A stretch of 64,000 nt of DNA from an uncultured Solirubrobacterales bacterium (GTDB taxonomy: Bacteria > Actinomycetota > Thermoleophilia > Solirubrobacterales > Solirubrobacteraceae), in NCBI GenBank assembly GCA_963831845.1, contig CAWHRT010000025.1, positions 16,659 to 80,658 on the forward strand. The letters are read 5' to 3'. Below are positions 19,525 through 28,320 of this stretch, piece after piece. The notes under the pieces were generated by a model. That model did not search any database and was not told the DNA's origin. It saw only the letters and a list, made by a program, of their open reading frames with translations. A program made the position numbers and the translations under genes. How positions within the stretch are numbered: position 1 is the first letter of the stretch; every line of letters starts with the position of its first letter.

Positions 19525-21120
19525 TCACGCGGCGGACGTCGCGATCGTCCACGTGAAGCGCGTGTCACCGGCGCGCCCGGCCAGCCCGCCAGGGCGCAGA
19601 CCGCGGTGCACGAGCAGCGTCGGGGCGGCGGCTTGCGTCGCGAGCGCCGTGCGCGCCCGCCCCAGCCCATCCTGTCGCCAGCGGTCGGTGAGCCCGACGG
19701 CGACGACGCCGGCGTCACGGGCCGCCGCGACGAGCGCGTCGGGCGCCGGATCGACGATCACCGGCTCGGCGCCCACGCCGAGAGCGCGCTGCAGCGCAAG
19801 CGAAGCGCTCGCCAGCAGGCGGCTCGCATCCCGACCCGACGCGCCCGTACTCGCGCCCGCGAGCCGCAGCGGCCGCTCCAGTGACCGGGCCAGCCAGGCG
19901 CCGAGCTCGACAGCCGCCCAGTCGTGCTCGGCGCCCGAGAACGGGACCAACACGGGTCCCCGGCCGGGCGGGCGAGCGCCGACGAGCACCGCTACGTCGC
20001 AGGGCGCCCGCTCCAGCAGCGCGATCAGACGCGCGTCCTCGAGCAGGCTGGCGGGCGCGTCGGCGAGCAGCAGATCCGCGTCCTGCTCGCCCGCCAGCCG
20101 CGCGAGGTCGTTGCCAGGCGTCGCCGAGGTGAACGCGGCGGTACGCGTGATCACGCCGCGCTGCGCGAACTCGGCGCCGAGATTGTTCAGCTCGGCGCTG
20201 ACGACGGCGAGATCCTCGGCCGACGGCACCGTCGCGGCCAGCACGAGTTCGCCGCCACGGCTCCCGGCCAGCGGCGCCCCGAGAGCGGCGAGCGCAGGGA
20301 GCGATGTGGTACTAAGCGCCACCGCCAGGACCGTCGTCGCGCGCGACGGCGCCGGCACGCTGTCGCCGGGCACCAGGCTCGCGTCCTGCCGCAGGATCGC
20401 CCGCTGGAGCTCCTGCAGCTCGGTGCCGGGCTCAAGCCCGAGTTGATCGACCAGCGCCGCGCGCGCGGCGCGATATGCCGACAGAGCGTCAGCCTGGCGG
20501 CCGCAGCGATACAGCGCGCGCATCTGCAGCGCGCGCAGGCGCTCCCGCAGCGGATGCTCGGCGATCAGCTGATCGAGCTCCGCGGCCGCCTCGGCCGCGC
20601 TCCCGCACTCCAGGTCGGCGTCGATGCGGCGCTCGAGCGCGGCGAGCCGGAGCTCGTCGAGCCGCGCAGCGATCAGCCGCACGGCGGGCAGGTCGGCGAC
20701 GTCCCCCAGCGCTGGCCCGCGCCAGAGAGCGAGCGCGGCGCGCAACTCCGCGGCCGCTCGCTCGGGGCGGCCGGCGGCATGCTCGGCCGCGCCGCCGGCC
20801 GCCCGCTGCTCGAACCGCTCGACGTCGAGCGCACCGTCGGCGGCGATCAGCGCGTAGCCGCGACCGCGTGTAACGATCGACTCCCGTCCGAGCAGCTTGC
20901 GTAGCTGCGACACGTAGCCCTGGACGACGTTCGCCGCCGTGTCCGGCGGCGCGTCGTCCCAGAGCCGGTCGATCAGCCGCTCGACCGGAACCACCTCGTT
21001 GGCCTGCGCGAGCAGCAGTGCGAGCAGCGCACGCTGGTGCTGGCCGCCGAGCGTGATCGGGCGCCCGTCCACCACCACGTCGAGCGGCCCCAGGATCCGA
21101 TACTCGACCTGCACCCGCAA
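19525..21120 (-). CDS. SARP/AfsR-type regulator (wHTH + BTAD) fused to tandem USP-like domains
   Basis: EYRILGPL, ALWRGPAL, HPLRERL, LGLEPG; C-terminus APCDVAVLV, VLVPFSGAEHD, PTLLVH. Confidence 0.9.
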   Translation of the reverse strand: MRVQVEYRILGPLDVVVDGRPITLGGQHQRALLALLLAQANEVVPVERLIDRLWDDAPPDTAANVVQGYVSQLRKLLGRESIVTRGRGYALIAADGALDVERFEQRAAGGAAEHAAGRPERAAAELRAALALWRGPALGDVADLPAVRLIAARLDELRLAALERRIDADLECGSAAEAAAELDQLIAEHPLRERLRALQMRALYRCGRQADALSAYRAARAALVDQLGLEPGTELQELQRAILRQDASLVPGDSVPAPSRATTVLAVALSTTSLPALAALGAPLAGSRGGELVLAATVPSAEDLAVVSAELNNLGAEFAQRGVITRTAAFTSATPGNDLARLAGEQDADLLLADAPASLLEDARLIALLERAPCDVAVLVGARPPGRGPVLVPFSGAEHDWAAVELGAWLARSLERPLRLAGASTGASGRDASRLLASASLALQRALGVGAEPVIVDPAPDALVAAARDAGVVAVGLTDRWRQDGLGRARTALATQAAAPTLLVHRGLRPGGLAGRAGDTRFTWTIATSAA

Positions 21121-21267
21121 ATTCTACAGGCGGTGGCGAGGCGCGCGCTCCAATCAGGCGATCGCGACGATCGCCTCGACCTCGACCGGCATCCCGCAAT
21201 ATCGGCCTTGACCGACCGAAGCCGCAGCGAAAGGATCCCTGCATCCCACGAGCAGGAGGAGATCGCA

Positions 21268-21588
21268 TTGCCGAAGTATCTGTTCCGCGCGAGCTATACG
21301 GCCGACGGCGCGAAGGGTCTGATCTCCGAAGGCGGATCTGGCCGCGTGGAGGTAGCTGCGAAGCTCGCCGAGGGGCTTGGCGGAAGGCTCGAGTGCTACT
21401 ACTTCTCGTTCGGAGAAGATGATGTTGTGGGCATCCTCGACCTCCCTGACAACGTCTCGATGGCGGCCGTGAACCTGACGATCGGCGCGACCGGGCTGGT
21501 CAATACCAAGACGACCGTGCTGCTCACGCCGGAGGAGGTTGACGAGGCCGCGCGCAAGTCGGTGTCGTACCGCGGCCCCGGAGGCTAG
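21268..21588 (+). CDS. GYD-domain protein
   Basis: TTG start after GGAGGAG; YLFRASYTADG..LGGRLECYYFSFGEDD..TTVLLTPEE. Confidence 0.88.
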   Translation: MPKYLFRASYTADGAKGLISEGGSGRVEVAAKLAEGLGGRLECYYFSFGEDDVVGILDLPDNVSMAAVNLTIGATGLVNTKTTVLLTPEEVDEAARKSVSYRGPGG

Positions 21589-21721
21589 AAGGACTGCGAC
21601 GGGCTGATGGTCTGTCTCGGCCGGCGCGGAAAGCCACTGTTACACGGAGCGCGTTTAGGGAGGGGTCGGTGGTCGCTGCGGTGTCGGCGGCCGCCGGTCG
21701 CAAAGGGTTGACTGCGAGCCG

Positions 21722-23014
21722 TCATCCGATGTATCCGATGCGGAACCCCAGCCACGGGTACGTTTGCGGAAAGGACGTGTGATCCTGAGGCTGCAGGCCG
21801 ACGGCAGAGATCCACATCTGGTACGCGCTTGCGTTCGGCACTCCCCCGTGCAGGCGCCGCCACACGCGCCTGCCGGGGAGGCCGAACGGAGGGGCGGTGA
21901 TCGTGTCCGTCCATTCGACCGCGTTCCCTCCCTGATCGAGCGTGCCCCACGGCGAGCGCGTGCGTGCTTGACCGACGGTGCTGAGGCTGCCTTGGTAGAG
22001 CGCCGCGTAAGTAGTGGGATCGAGGCCGAACGGATTCACGGTTTGGCAGTCTGTGGCCGACACCTGCGACGGACACCAGTATGGGACCGACCCGTTGGAA
22101 GGCTTGTAGTTGGCCAACGGCTGCGTCTCGGCGTTCGTTACGTCGCCCGTCTGCGGATTTAGTATCGCCGCGGTAGGCGCGTCGGCCATGCCCCCCTTGA
22201 AGAAGACGCCGGGATTAGTCGGGTACTTCCAGTATGACCAGGTCCCGCCGCCGAGCGGGTCGAAATAGGCGGCCTTGATCCACTCGTTCTGGCTCGGCAC
22301 GACAAAGCCCCGCTTGCGGTCCCGCGTCGCGTTGGGCCGAGCCAAGTCATACATGCCGCGCTCAGTCTGCCTAGAGAGACGAACCGTAAAGGTCACAAAC
22401 GAGAAACCACCAGAGCGACGAACTCGCCGGGAGAGCACCTTCCCATTGGTCAGCGAGTTGACGAACCGCGCGGCGCGCACAAAGCTCGTGGCAAAGCCGT
22501 ATGGCTTGTCGGCCCATTCCGGGTAGGCGACACGATAGTGAAAGCCTGGGCGTGCCCGGGTGACGAAGTTGATCTCGCCGAACCGCGGCCAGGATGATGA
22601 GCTCTCTAGGGAGTCGTAGAGATGATGCCGCCCGGTCCCTCGGGGATCGACCGTGTTCAGGAAGCCGACCCACTGGGCCACGGTTACCTCAAGCTCGCCG
22701 ATCTGATAGCGATAGCCAACCGAGCCGACGGTGAGGCAACCGGCTGGTGTCTTGGGAGCGACCGAGCACGACGCGAAGATCGCATCCTTGAACGGGATGA
22801 TCCCAACCGCCCGATTCCCCGGCGAGCCGACCCGAACCATCCGGAGTGTGAGCTTCGCGGGGGCGGCTGCTACTCCAGCGGGCGCCAGCGCCAAGCCCCC
22901 CAGTAGGAATACAGCTACGAAGGCGAGGACGTTGCCGCGGCGGCGGAAGCTCGAACAGCGTGGCCGTTCGCGACCGTGGATCGCCTCAGGCACGCGACTC
23001 CTCCGGCAAGTCAC
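21722..23014 (-). CDS. secreted FGE-sulfatase/SUMF1-fold protein (start uncertain)
   Basis: Hydrophobic leader, IGELEVTVAQW, PSQNEWIKAAY, SPWGTLDQGGNAVEW, terminal LGFRI. Confidence 0.8.
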   Translation of the reverse strand: MTCRRSRVPEAIHGRERPRCSSFRRRGNVLAFVAVFLLGGLALAPAGVAAAPAKLTLRMVRVGSPGNRAVGIIPFKDAIFASCSVAPKTPAGCLTVGSVGYRYQIGELEVTVAQWVGFLNTVDPRGTGRHHLYDSLESSSSWPRFGEINFVTRARPGFHYRVAYPEWADKPYGFATSFVRAARFVNSLTNGKVLSRRVRRSGGFSFVTFTVRLSRQTERGMYDLARPNATRDRKRGFVVPSQNEWIKAAYFDPLGGGTWSYWKYPTNPGVFFKGGMADAPTAAILNPQTGDVTNAETQPLANYKPSNGSVPYWCPSQVSATDCQTVNPFGLDPTTYAALYQGSLSTVGQARTRSPWGTLDQGGNAVEWTDTITAPPFGLPGRRVWRRLHGGVPNASAYQMWISAVGLQPQDHTSFPQTYPWLGFRIGYIG

Positions 23015-23323
23015 CCGAATTCACGCAAGCGAGAATCTCACGCCAGACGACCGTCGACAATGGGGGTATCCCTACACAATTCCCTAGGTTTTCGCCCGAG
23101 ACCCGGGTGCCGCCCTCGTCGCTGATCGAGGGACGCTGATCCGCGCATGAGCGCCGCGACCTCCCGGCTCAACGGCCGGCCGGCTGAGTCCTGAGCTCTC
23201 GCGGTGTAGAGTCATGCCGATCTAACCGGGGGCCCGGAAGGCGGAGCCTTTGGGGGCACGCGAGCATGGCCTGTCGATCGATTTGACGGAGCGGTGCTTA
23301 TGGAAGCGCCGTGAAGGTTGTGA

Positions 23324-25756
23324 ATGGATTCATCGTCGCTGGTAAATGGTGGTCTCAGGGCTCGCTTTAGCGGCCTGGATGACCGAGTTCGCTACGTCCT
23401 TGCGCTCATCGCGGTGGCAGCGGCCTATACCGCGTCGGGCAAGCTGGGGTTGAATCTTGCGTTCGCCACGCGCAGCGTCACCGCGATCTGGCCGCCGACG
23501 GGAATCGCGCTTGCAGCCCTGGTCCTCGGCGGGTATCGACTATGGCCGGCGATAGTGCTCGGCGCGCTGCTCGCGAACCTCGACACGGGTGTACCACCGG
23601 TGACGGTCTTGGGGATCGTGTGCGGCAATACGCTTGAGGCGCTGCTGGGAGCGTTCTTGCTGCGGCGCGTTGCGGGCTTCCGGCCAGGCTTGACGCGACT
23701 GAGGGACGTGCTGTCGCTTGTGGTGTTCGGGGCCGTCATCAGCACCATCGTGAGCGCAAGTATCGGCGTCACGAGCCTGCTGATCGGCGGCGTCGCTTCT
23801 TGGCCGGAGGCTCCGTCGCTGTGGCGAACGTGGTGGCTCGGTGACATGGGTGGTGATCTGATCATCGCACCGGCTCTGCTGATTGCGGCCACTCAACGTC
23901 GTTGGGGATGGCTGCCGGGGAGGGCGATCGAAGCTGGCGTGCTCGCGCTCCTCGTCGCTGGCGCCACCGTGTTGGTCTTCTCGCAGTCGACGGACATCGT
24001 GTATGCGCTGTTTCCCCTGTTGATCTGGGCCGCGCTCCGCTTCTGGCAGGCGGGCGCGGCCGCGGCGAGCCTTGTGATCGGCGCGGTGGCGGTGACGTTC
24101 ACGGCCAACGGGAAGGGACCGTTCGCGATGAGCGGACCGGACGAGCGCCTCGTGTTGGCACAGACGTTCGTGGCCGTTGCCAGCGTGACGGGCCTCGTGC
24201 TGGCGGCGGTGACGAGCGAGCGCCGACGAGCCGAGGAGGCGGAGCGCGAGATCGCGGAGACGCTTCAGCGCAGTCTGCTGCCGGACGCCGCACCGCAGAT
24301 CGCGGGCTGGGAGGTTGCAACGCTGTACCGCCCCGCGGGCGCCGCCGAGGTAGAGGTCGGCGGCGATTTCTACGACTTCTTCGCGACTCCCGATGGGTGG
24401 ATCGTGATCATCGGAGATGTCGTCGGCAAGGGTGTGCAGGCGGCTGCGATGGCCGGACTCGTACGACACGGGGCTCGATTTGTCAGCCAGGCGGAGAATC
24501 GGCCGGGCGCGATTCTCGCCCGGCTCGACGACGCGCTGCGCGAGCAGCCAACCTTGTCGCTGTGCACTGCGCTGTGTGTGGGTATTCACACCGACCACGT
24601 GTTGGTGAGCTCTGCGGGGCACCCTGCACCGATCGTTGTCCGCCTTGATGGGCGCATCCGCGAGATCGGCGGCGGCGGCCCCATTTTGGGCCTGTCTGCC
24701 GGCGCCAACTGGCCCGAGCGAACGGTGATGGTAAGCCCCGACGAGACCGTCCTGCTGTATACGGACGGTGTCACAGACACCCACGGTGAGACGGAGAGGT
24801 TCGGACAGCAGCGGCTCGCCGAGCTCTTGATCGAGCATTCGCACCTATCGCCACCGGAGTTGCTCGCCGAACTCGAGACCGCGCTTGATCGATTCCAGCT
24901 CGGCCGCCAGAGCGACGACACCGCGGCCCTCGCGCTCCGGGTGGAGCGCTCGCCGGTCACAAACGGCACGCGCTCGCCCACCGCCGCACGGCGAGTCAAC
25001 CACGGGATCGGGATAGGGACGCCGACCTTCGACCTCGAAACGGTCCCGAACGGAAACTCCGTGGTCATCACGGTGTCCGGAGAGATGGATCACACGACAG
25101 CCGACCGTGTGGCCGAGGCGTTCGAAGGAGCGAGCCAGGACGCCTTAGCGCAGGTAGTGCTCGACTTGGCGAATGTCACATTTGTCGATTCGGCCGGCCT
25201 CCGCGTGCTCGTCGGGATTGAACGACGCGCGCGCGACCGAGCCGAGACGATCCGGATCGCTTCACCGCCCGACCACGTACGTGCGGTCTTTCGGTTGTCG
25301 GGTCTCGAGCGCCTGCTGGATCGCTCGGCACATCGCGGTGGGGAATGGCAGGACTTTGAGGCCTCCGAGCGAGTGGTGCTCGAGCTTCCGATCAGTGACA
25401 CAGCTCCCCGCCAAGCACGTGCAGAGGTGCGCGAAGCGATCGCCGGACAACTCTCCCAGGCTGAGTCGGAGGTCGCAGTGCTGATCACTTCCGAGCTTGT
25501 GACCAATGCTGTCGTACACGCGCCGCACCAAGCGGGCGACTCGATCGGGCTGCGGATCGCCACCGATCCGGGGCGCGTTCGAGTCGAGGTGGCCGACTCG
25601 GGTCGCGGTTTCGAACCGGCTGAGCTGACACCGGATGACGACGCCCCGGGCGGACGGGGACTGGTGATCGTCGATCGCGGCGCAACCCGCTGGGGCACCG
25701 GCAGGAACGACCGTTTCTCGGTCTGGTTCGAACTGACTCAGGACCGCGCGCCTTGA
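23324..25756 (+). CDS. fused MASE1 - SpoIIE/PP2C phosphatase - STAS - RsbW-like HATPase protein
   Basis: IWPPTG and WWLGD (MASE1); VGGDFYD, IGDVVGKG, YTDG, SDD (PP2C); FVDSAGL (STAS); SELVTNA, DSGRGF, GGRGL (HATPase). Confidence 0.92.
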   Translation: MDSSSLVNGGLRARFSGLDDRVRYVLALIAVAAAYTASGKLGLNLAFATRSVTAIWPPTGIALAALVLGGYRLWPAIVLGALLANLDTGVPPVTVLGIVCGNTLEALLGAFLLRRVAGFRPGLTRLRDVLSLVVFGAVISTIVSASIGVTSLLIGGVASWPEAPSLWRTWWLGDMGGDLIIAPALLIAATQRRWGWLPGRAIEAGVLALLVAGATVLVFSQSTDIVYALFPLLIWAALRFWQAGAAAASLVIGAVAVTFTANGKGPFAMSGPDERLVLAQTFVAVASVTGLVLAAVTSERRRAEEAEREIAETLQRSLLPDAAPQIAGWEVATLYRPAGAAEVEVGGDFYDFFATPDGWIVIIGDVVGKGVQAAAMAGLVRHGARFVSQAENRPGAILARLDDALREQPTLSLCTALCVGIHTDHVLVSSAGHPAPIVVRLDGRIREIGGGGPILGLSAGANWPERTVMVSPDETVLLYTDGVTDTHGETERFGQQRLAELLIEHSHLSPPELLAELETALDRFQLGRQSDDTAALALRVERSPVTNGTRSPTAARRVNHGIGIGTPTFDLETVPNGNSVVITVSGEMDHTTADRVAEAFEGASQDALAQVVLDLANVTFVDSAGLRVLVGIERRARDRAETIRIASPPDHVRAVFRLSGLERLLDRSAHRGGEWQDFEASERVVLELPISDTAPRQARAEVREAIAGQLSQAESEVAVLITSELVTNAVVHAPHQAGDSIGLRIATDPGRVRVEVADSGRGFEPAELTPDDDAPGGRGLVIVDRGATRWGTGRNDRFSVWFELTQDRAP

Positions 25757-25840
25757 CGCCTTCGACGATAGACCCGCGCCGCGCAGCCGGTCGTGCTGCT
25801 CGGCCGGCGCTAGCACGCAACCGGTCGGGCGGGCGGCCGG

Positions 25841-26113
25841 TCAGCTCGCGGGCGCCCGGGACCACCTCGCGTCCTCGAGCGCGTACGCCGCGTCGACCCG
25901 GTGGATCTTGGCTTCCGGGGGGCGCTCGCGGAACACGAGCGTCCCGCTGACCTCGACCTTGTGGGCGAACAGCTCGCTCGGCCAGCGCCGCAGCCCGGCG
26001 ACGTAGACCGGGCGGTCGTCCAGGCTCACGATGGCGCCGACCGCGGCATCGAGCGCTGTTCCGGTGAGCGTCACCGCTTGGCCGACGTGCGCCTCCAGCT
26101 CGTCCCACCTCAT
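25841..26113 (-). CDS. small OB-fold-like hypothetical protein; candidate immunity/partner protein
   Basis: ATGA overlap with the stop of 26110..27474; VGQAVTLTG...KVEVSGTL beta-strand pattern. Confidence 0.75.
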   Translation of the reverse strand: MRWDELEAHVGQAVTLTGTALDAAVGAIVSLDDRPVYVAGLRRWPSELFAHKVEVSGTLVFRERPPEAKIHRVDAAYALEDARWSRAPAS

Positions 26114-27474
26114 CGTGTGGCCGCCCCGTCGATCGCCAGGATCGCGTCGGTCACCCGCGCCGAGAAGCCCGGCATCGCGGTCGGCGCGGCGGCGGCGACC
26201 TCGCCCCGCTGCCGCGTGGTCAGGCGCTTCAGCCGGCGCTTTAGGTCGCCGTCGCTGAGGCCGTTCAGGCGCAGCGCGACGTCGCCCCAGTCGCCCTTGG
26301 CGATCGCCGCGTCGAGTGCGCTCAGGACCGCGCTGCGCGGCGGCGGCTCCTTGTCCACGAGCGTGAGCGCGTCGACCACCCGGTCCGAGAAGCCCGGCAT
26401 CGCGCCTGGAGCCGCGGCGATGATCGCGCTGCGCTGGTCGTGCGTCATCGAGCGCGCAAGTCTGGAGATGTCCTTATCGTCAAACCCGTTCAGCCGCAGG
26501 GCGCAGTCGGCGTACTCGCGGCGAGCGAGTTGGGCCTTGAAGGCGGCGAGCATGTCGCCGCGGCTATACACGACGGGCGGCGCATCGGTGATCACCTTCT
26601 CCGGCATCACCGTCGTCTGGGCAACGCCGTAGACGACCCGGTCGAAGTCGTCGTAGGTAACACGTTCTTGGCCGTTGAACGTGAACTTCCTGGCGAAGCG
26701 CATGCGCGTGCTCTGGTAGAGCTCCTCGGGCGTCTCCATGCCCGAGTACGTGCCGTGGTTGGCGTGCCAGAAGGTCTGGGTCGTCTCGTCCCAGAAGCCG
26801 AAGTCGAAGTTCACGAATCCGGGCCTCCCGTCGTCGTAGATGTTGCCGATCCCACTCATGTCCACGCGGCCGGTGACGGGATCGGGCCGGAACGCCTTCG
26901 GGTCCGGCGTGTTCCGGCCGCGGCCCGACCAGAACAGCATGGCGAACAGCACCCACACGCTGATGGGCATGGTCGGGTCGATCGGCCCCGCCAGCTTGTT
27001 GCGCTGGGCGACCACCTGGCGCGCCTGGTCGAAGCGTCCGTAGACCTCTGTGAGCGGCGGCGCGCTGAGCGAGCCGATGCCGAGGTTCGTCGCGGTGATG
27101 CCGATGCAGCCGCGCAAGACGTTGGCGTGCTCGTCGTTCGACAGCGTGTGGAACTGCGCCGCCCACATGCGCTCGAACTGGGCGATGGAGTAGCGGCGCT
27201 GGTCGGTGTCCTCGCCGTACTTCGGCTTGTCGGCGCCCCTGGGCAGCGGCTTGCCGAGCGCGAACCCGAGCCGCGCAACCATCCGCCTCGGCGTTCGCGC
27301 GCGGTGGATCGCGTCCGTCGCGGCTCGGTTCCCCGCCGTCCTCTGCAGCGCGAGCACGCCGGCCGGCGAGGCGGCCCAGCCGCTGTGGAGCGGCAGCGGC
27401 GCCCGAGCTGGGCCCGGCAACGCCTCCTTCGGCGCCTCGGTCGGCTCCGCCTGGGATGCATGGTGATCCGCCAC
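26110..27474 (-). CDS. microbial transglutaminase-like protein with N-terminal LQRxAGN motif and C-terminal tandem helical repeat; putative effector/toxin
   Basis: RGCIGIT, FWSG, DPKAFRPDPVTGRVDMS, GFVNFDFG, WHANH and YDDFDR occur in the same order as the Streptomyces MTG motifs; no signal peptide. Confidence 0.85.
   Translation of the reverse strand: MADHHASQAEPTEAPKEALPGPARAPLPLHSGWAASPAGVLALQRTAGNRAATDAIHRARTPRRMVARLGFALGKPLPRGADKPKYGEDTDQRRYSIAQFERMWAAQFHTLSNDEHANVLRGCIGITATNLGIGSLSAPPLTEVYGRFDQARQVVAQRNKLAGPIDPTMPISVWVLFAMLFWSGRGRNTPDPKAFRPDPVTGRVDMSGIGNIYDDGRPGFVNFDFGFWDETTQTFWHANHGTYSGMETPEELYQSTRMRFARKFTFNGQERVTYDDFDRVVYGVAQTTVMPEKVITDAPPVVYSRGDMLAAFKAQLARREYADCALRLNGFDDKDISRLARSMTHDQRSAIIAAAPGAMPGFSDRVVDALTLVDKEPPPRSAVLSALDAAIAKGDWGDVALRLNGLSDGDLKRRLKRLTTRQRGEVAAAAPTAMPGFSARVTDAILAIDGAATR
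26128..26562 (-). repeat. two about 70-aa repeat units at the C-terminus of the transglutaminase-like protein
   Basis: ALRLNG..D.D....AAAP.AMPGFS.RV.DA occurs twice with a 75-aa period; DNA CCGAGAAGCCCGGCATCGCG is present in both copies. Confidence 0.9.
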
Positions 27475-27790
27475 GCGTACCGGCCAAGCCTACTTCGTTC
27501 TCATCGCCGTTCGGCGTCGTCGGCCGCTTCGAACGACCCGCCACCGTCGAGTACGTCGAGTACGTCGTCAACCATCGGCAGACCGACTCAAATGCCACCA
27601 CGCGCCCGACCGATCGGGAGCACGAGTCCAACGGGTCACAGGACGCCGACCCAGCCATTGCGAAAGTAACGCCTGGAGACCAAGAAGTCTCCAGAGGGCA
27701 GCCGTGGGAGGGTAGGGTTGCGGCAGCTACCAACACGCGAGCGGGGCGTGCTTGACCGGCCGGGGTGCCGGGGACCGGAAAGGAAGTGAG

Positions 27791-28207
27791 ATGCAAGCTA
27801 GGGAATCGATCGTCGTCGGGACAGACGGCACCGAGACGGCCGAGCGCGCGGTGGACCGAGCTGGTGCGATCGCACGCGCCTTCGGCGCAACCGTCCACGT
27901 GGTCAGCGCCTACAGCGACGACGGGACTCCGCTCGCGGGAGCCGGCAGACAGGGTGACCGAGCCCACGCACAGCAGCACGTAGACCGAGCGCAAGAGCGA
28001 CTGGCGAAGCAAGGTGTCGAGAGCGAGGCACACCTGTCCAACCGAGAGGCTGGGCGAGCGCTAGTGGCGCTTGCGGACGAGCAACGCGCCCAAATGATCG
28101 TCGTGGGCAACCGAGGCATGAGTGGCCCCAAGCGCGTACTTGGCTCGGTGCCAAATTATGTTTCACATCATGCAGATTGCGACGTGGTGATCGTCCGCAC
28201 GACGTAG
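27791..28207 (+). CDS. universal stress protein
   Basis: IVVGTDGT, IVVGNRGMSG..LGSVPNYVSHHADCDVVIV. Confidence 0.93.
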   Translation: MQARESIVVGTDGTETAERAVDRAGAIARAFGATVHVVSAYSDDGTPLAGAGRQGDRAHAQQHVDRAQERLAKQGVESEAHLSNREAGRALVALADEQRAQMIVVGNRGMSGPKRVLGSVPNYVSHHADCDVVIVRTT

Positions 28208-28320
28208 GCCCCCAGCGAGGAGCTTCCGCCGGGATGATGCGGACCGCGAGCGCTGTTTAGTGGATCTTGACCAGTGTGCGGGGCTCGGCGTGCACCAAGG
28301 CGCGGTGATTTCGACGGTTC

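Noticed and set aside
21722-23014. FGE/C-type-lectin-fold protein as a diversity-generating retroelement target or an active formylglycine-generating enzyme
   Set aside because: I found no reverse transcriptase or template repeat in the window, and the catalytic Cys pair of true FGE is not visible near the C-terminus.
27545-27567. Short tandem repeat (CGTCGAGTA units) upstream of the transglutaminase-like gene
   Set aside because: Only about 2.5 copies of 9 bp; plausible by chance or local slippage, with no evidence of function.
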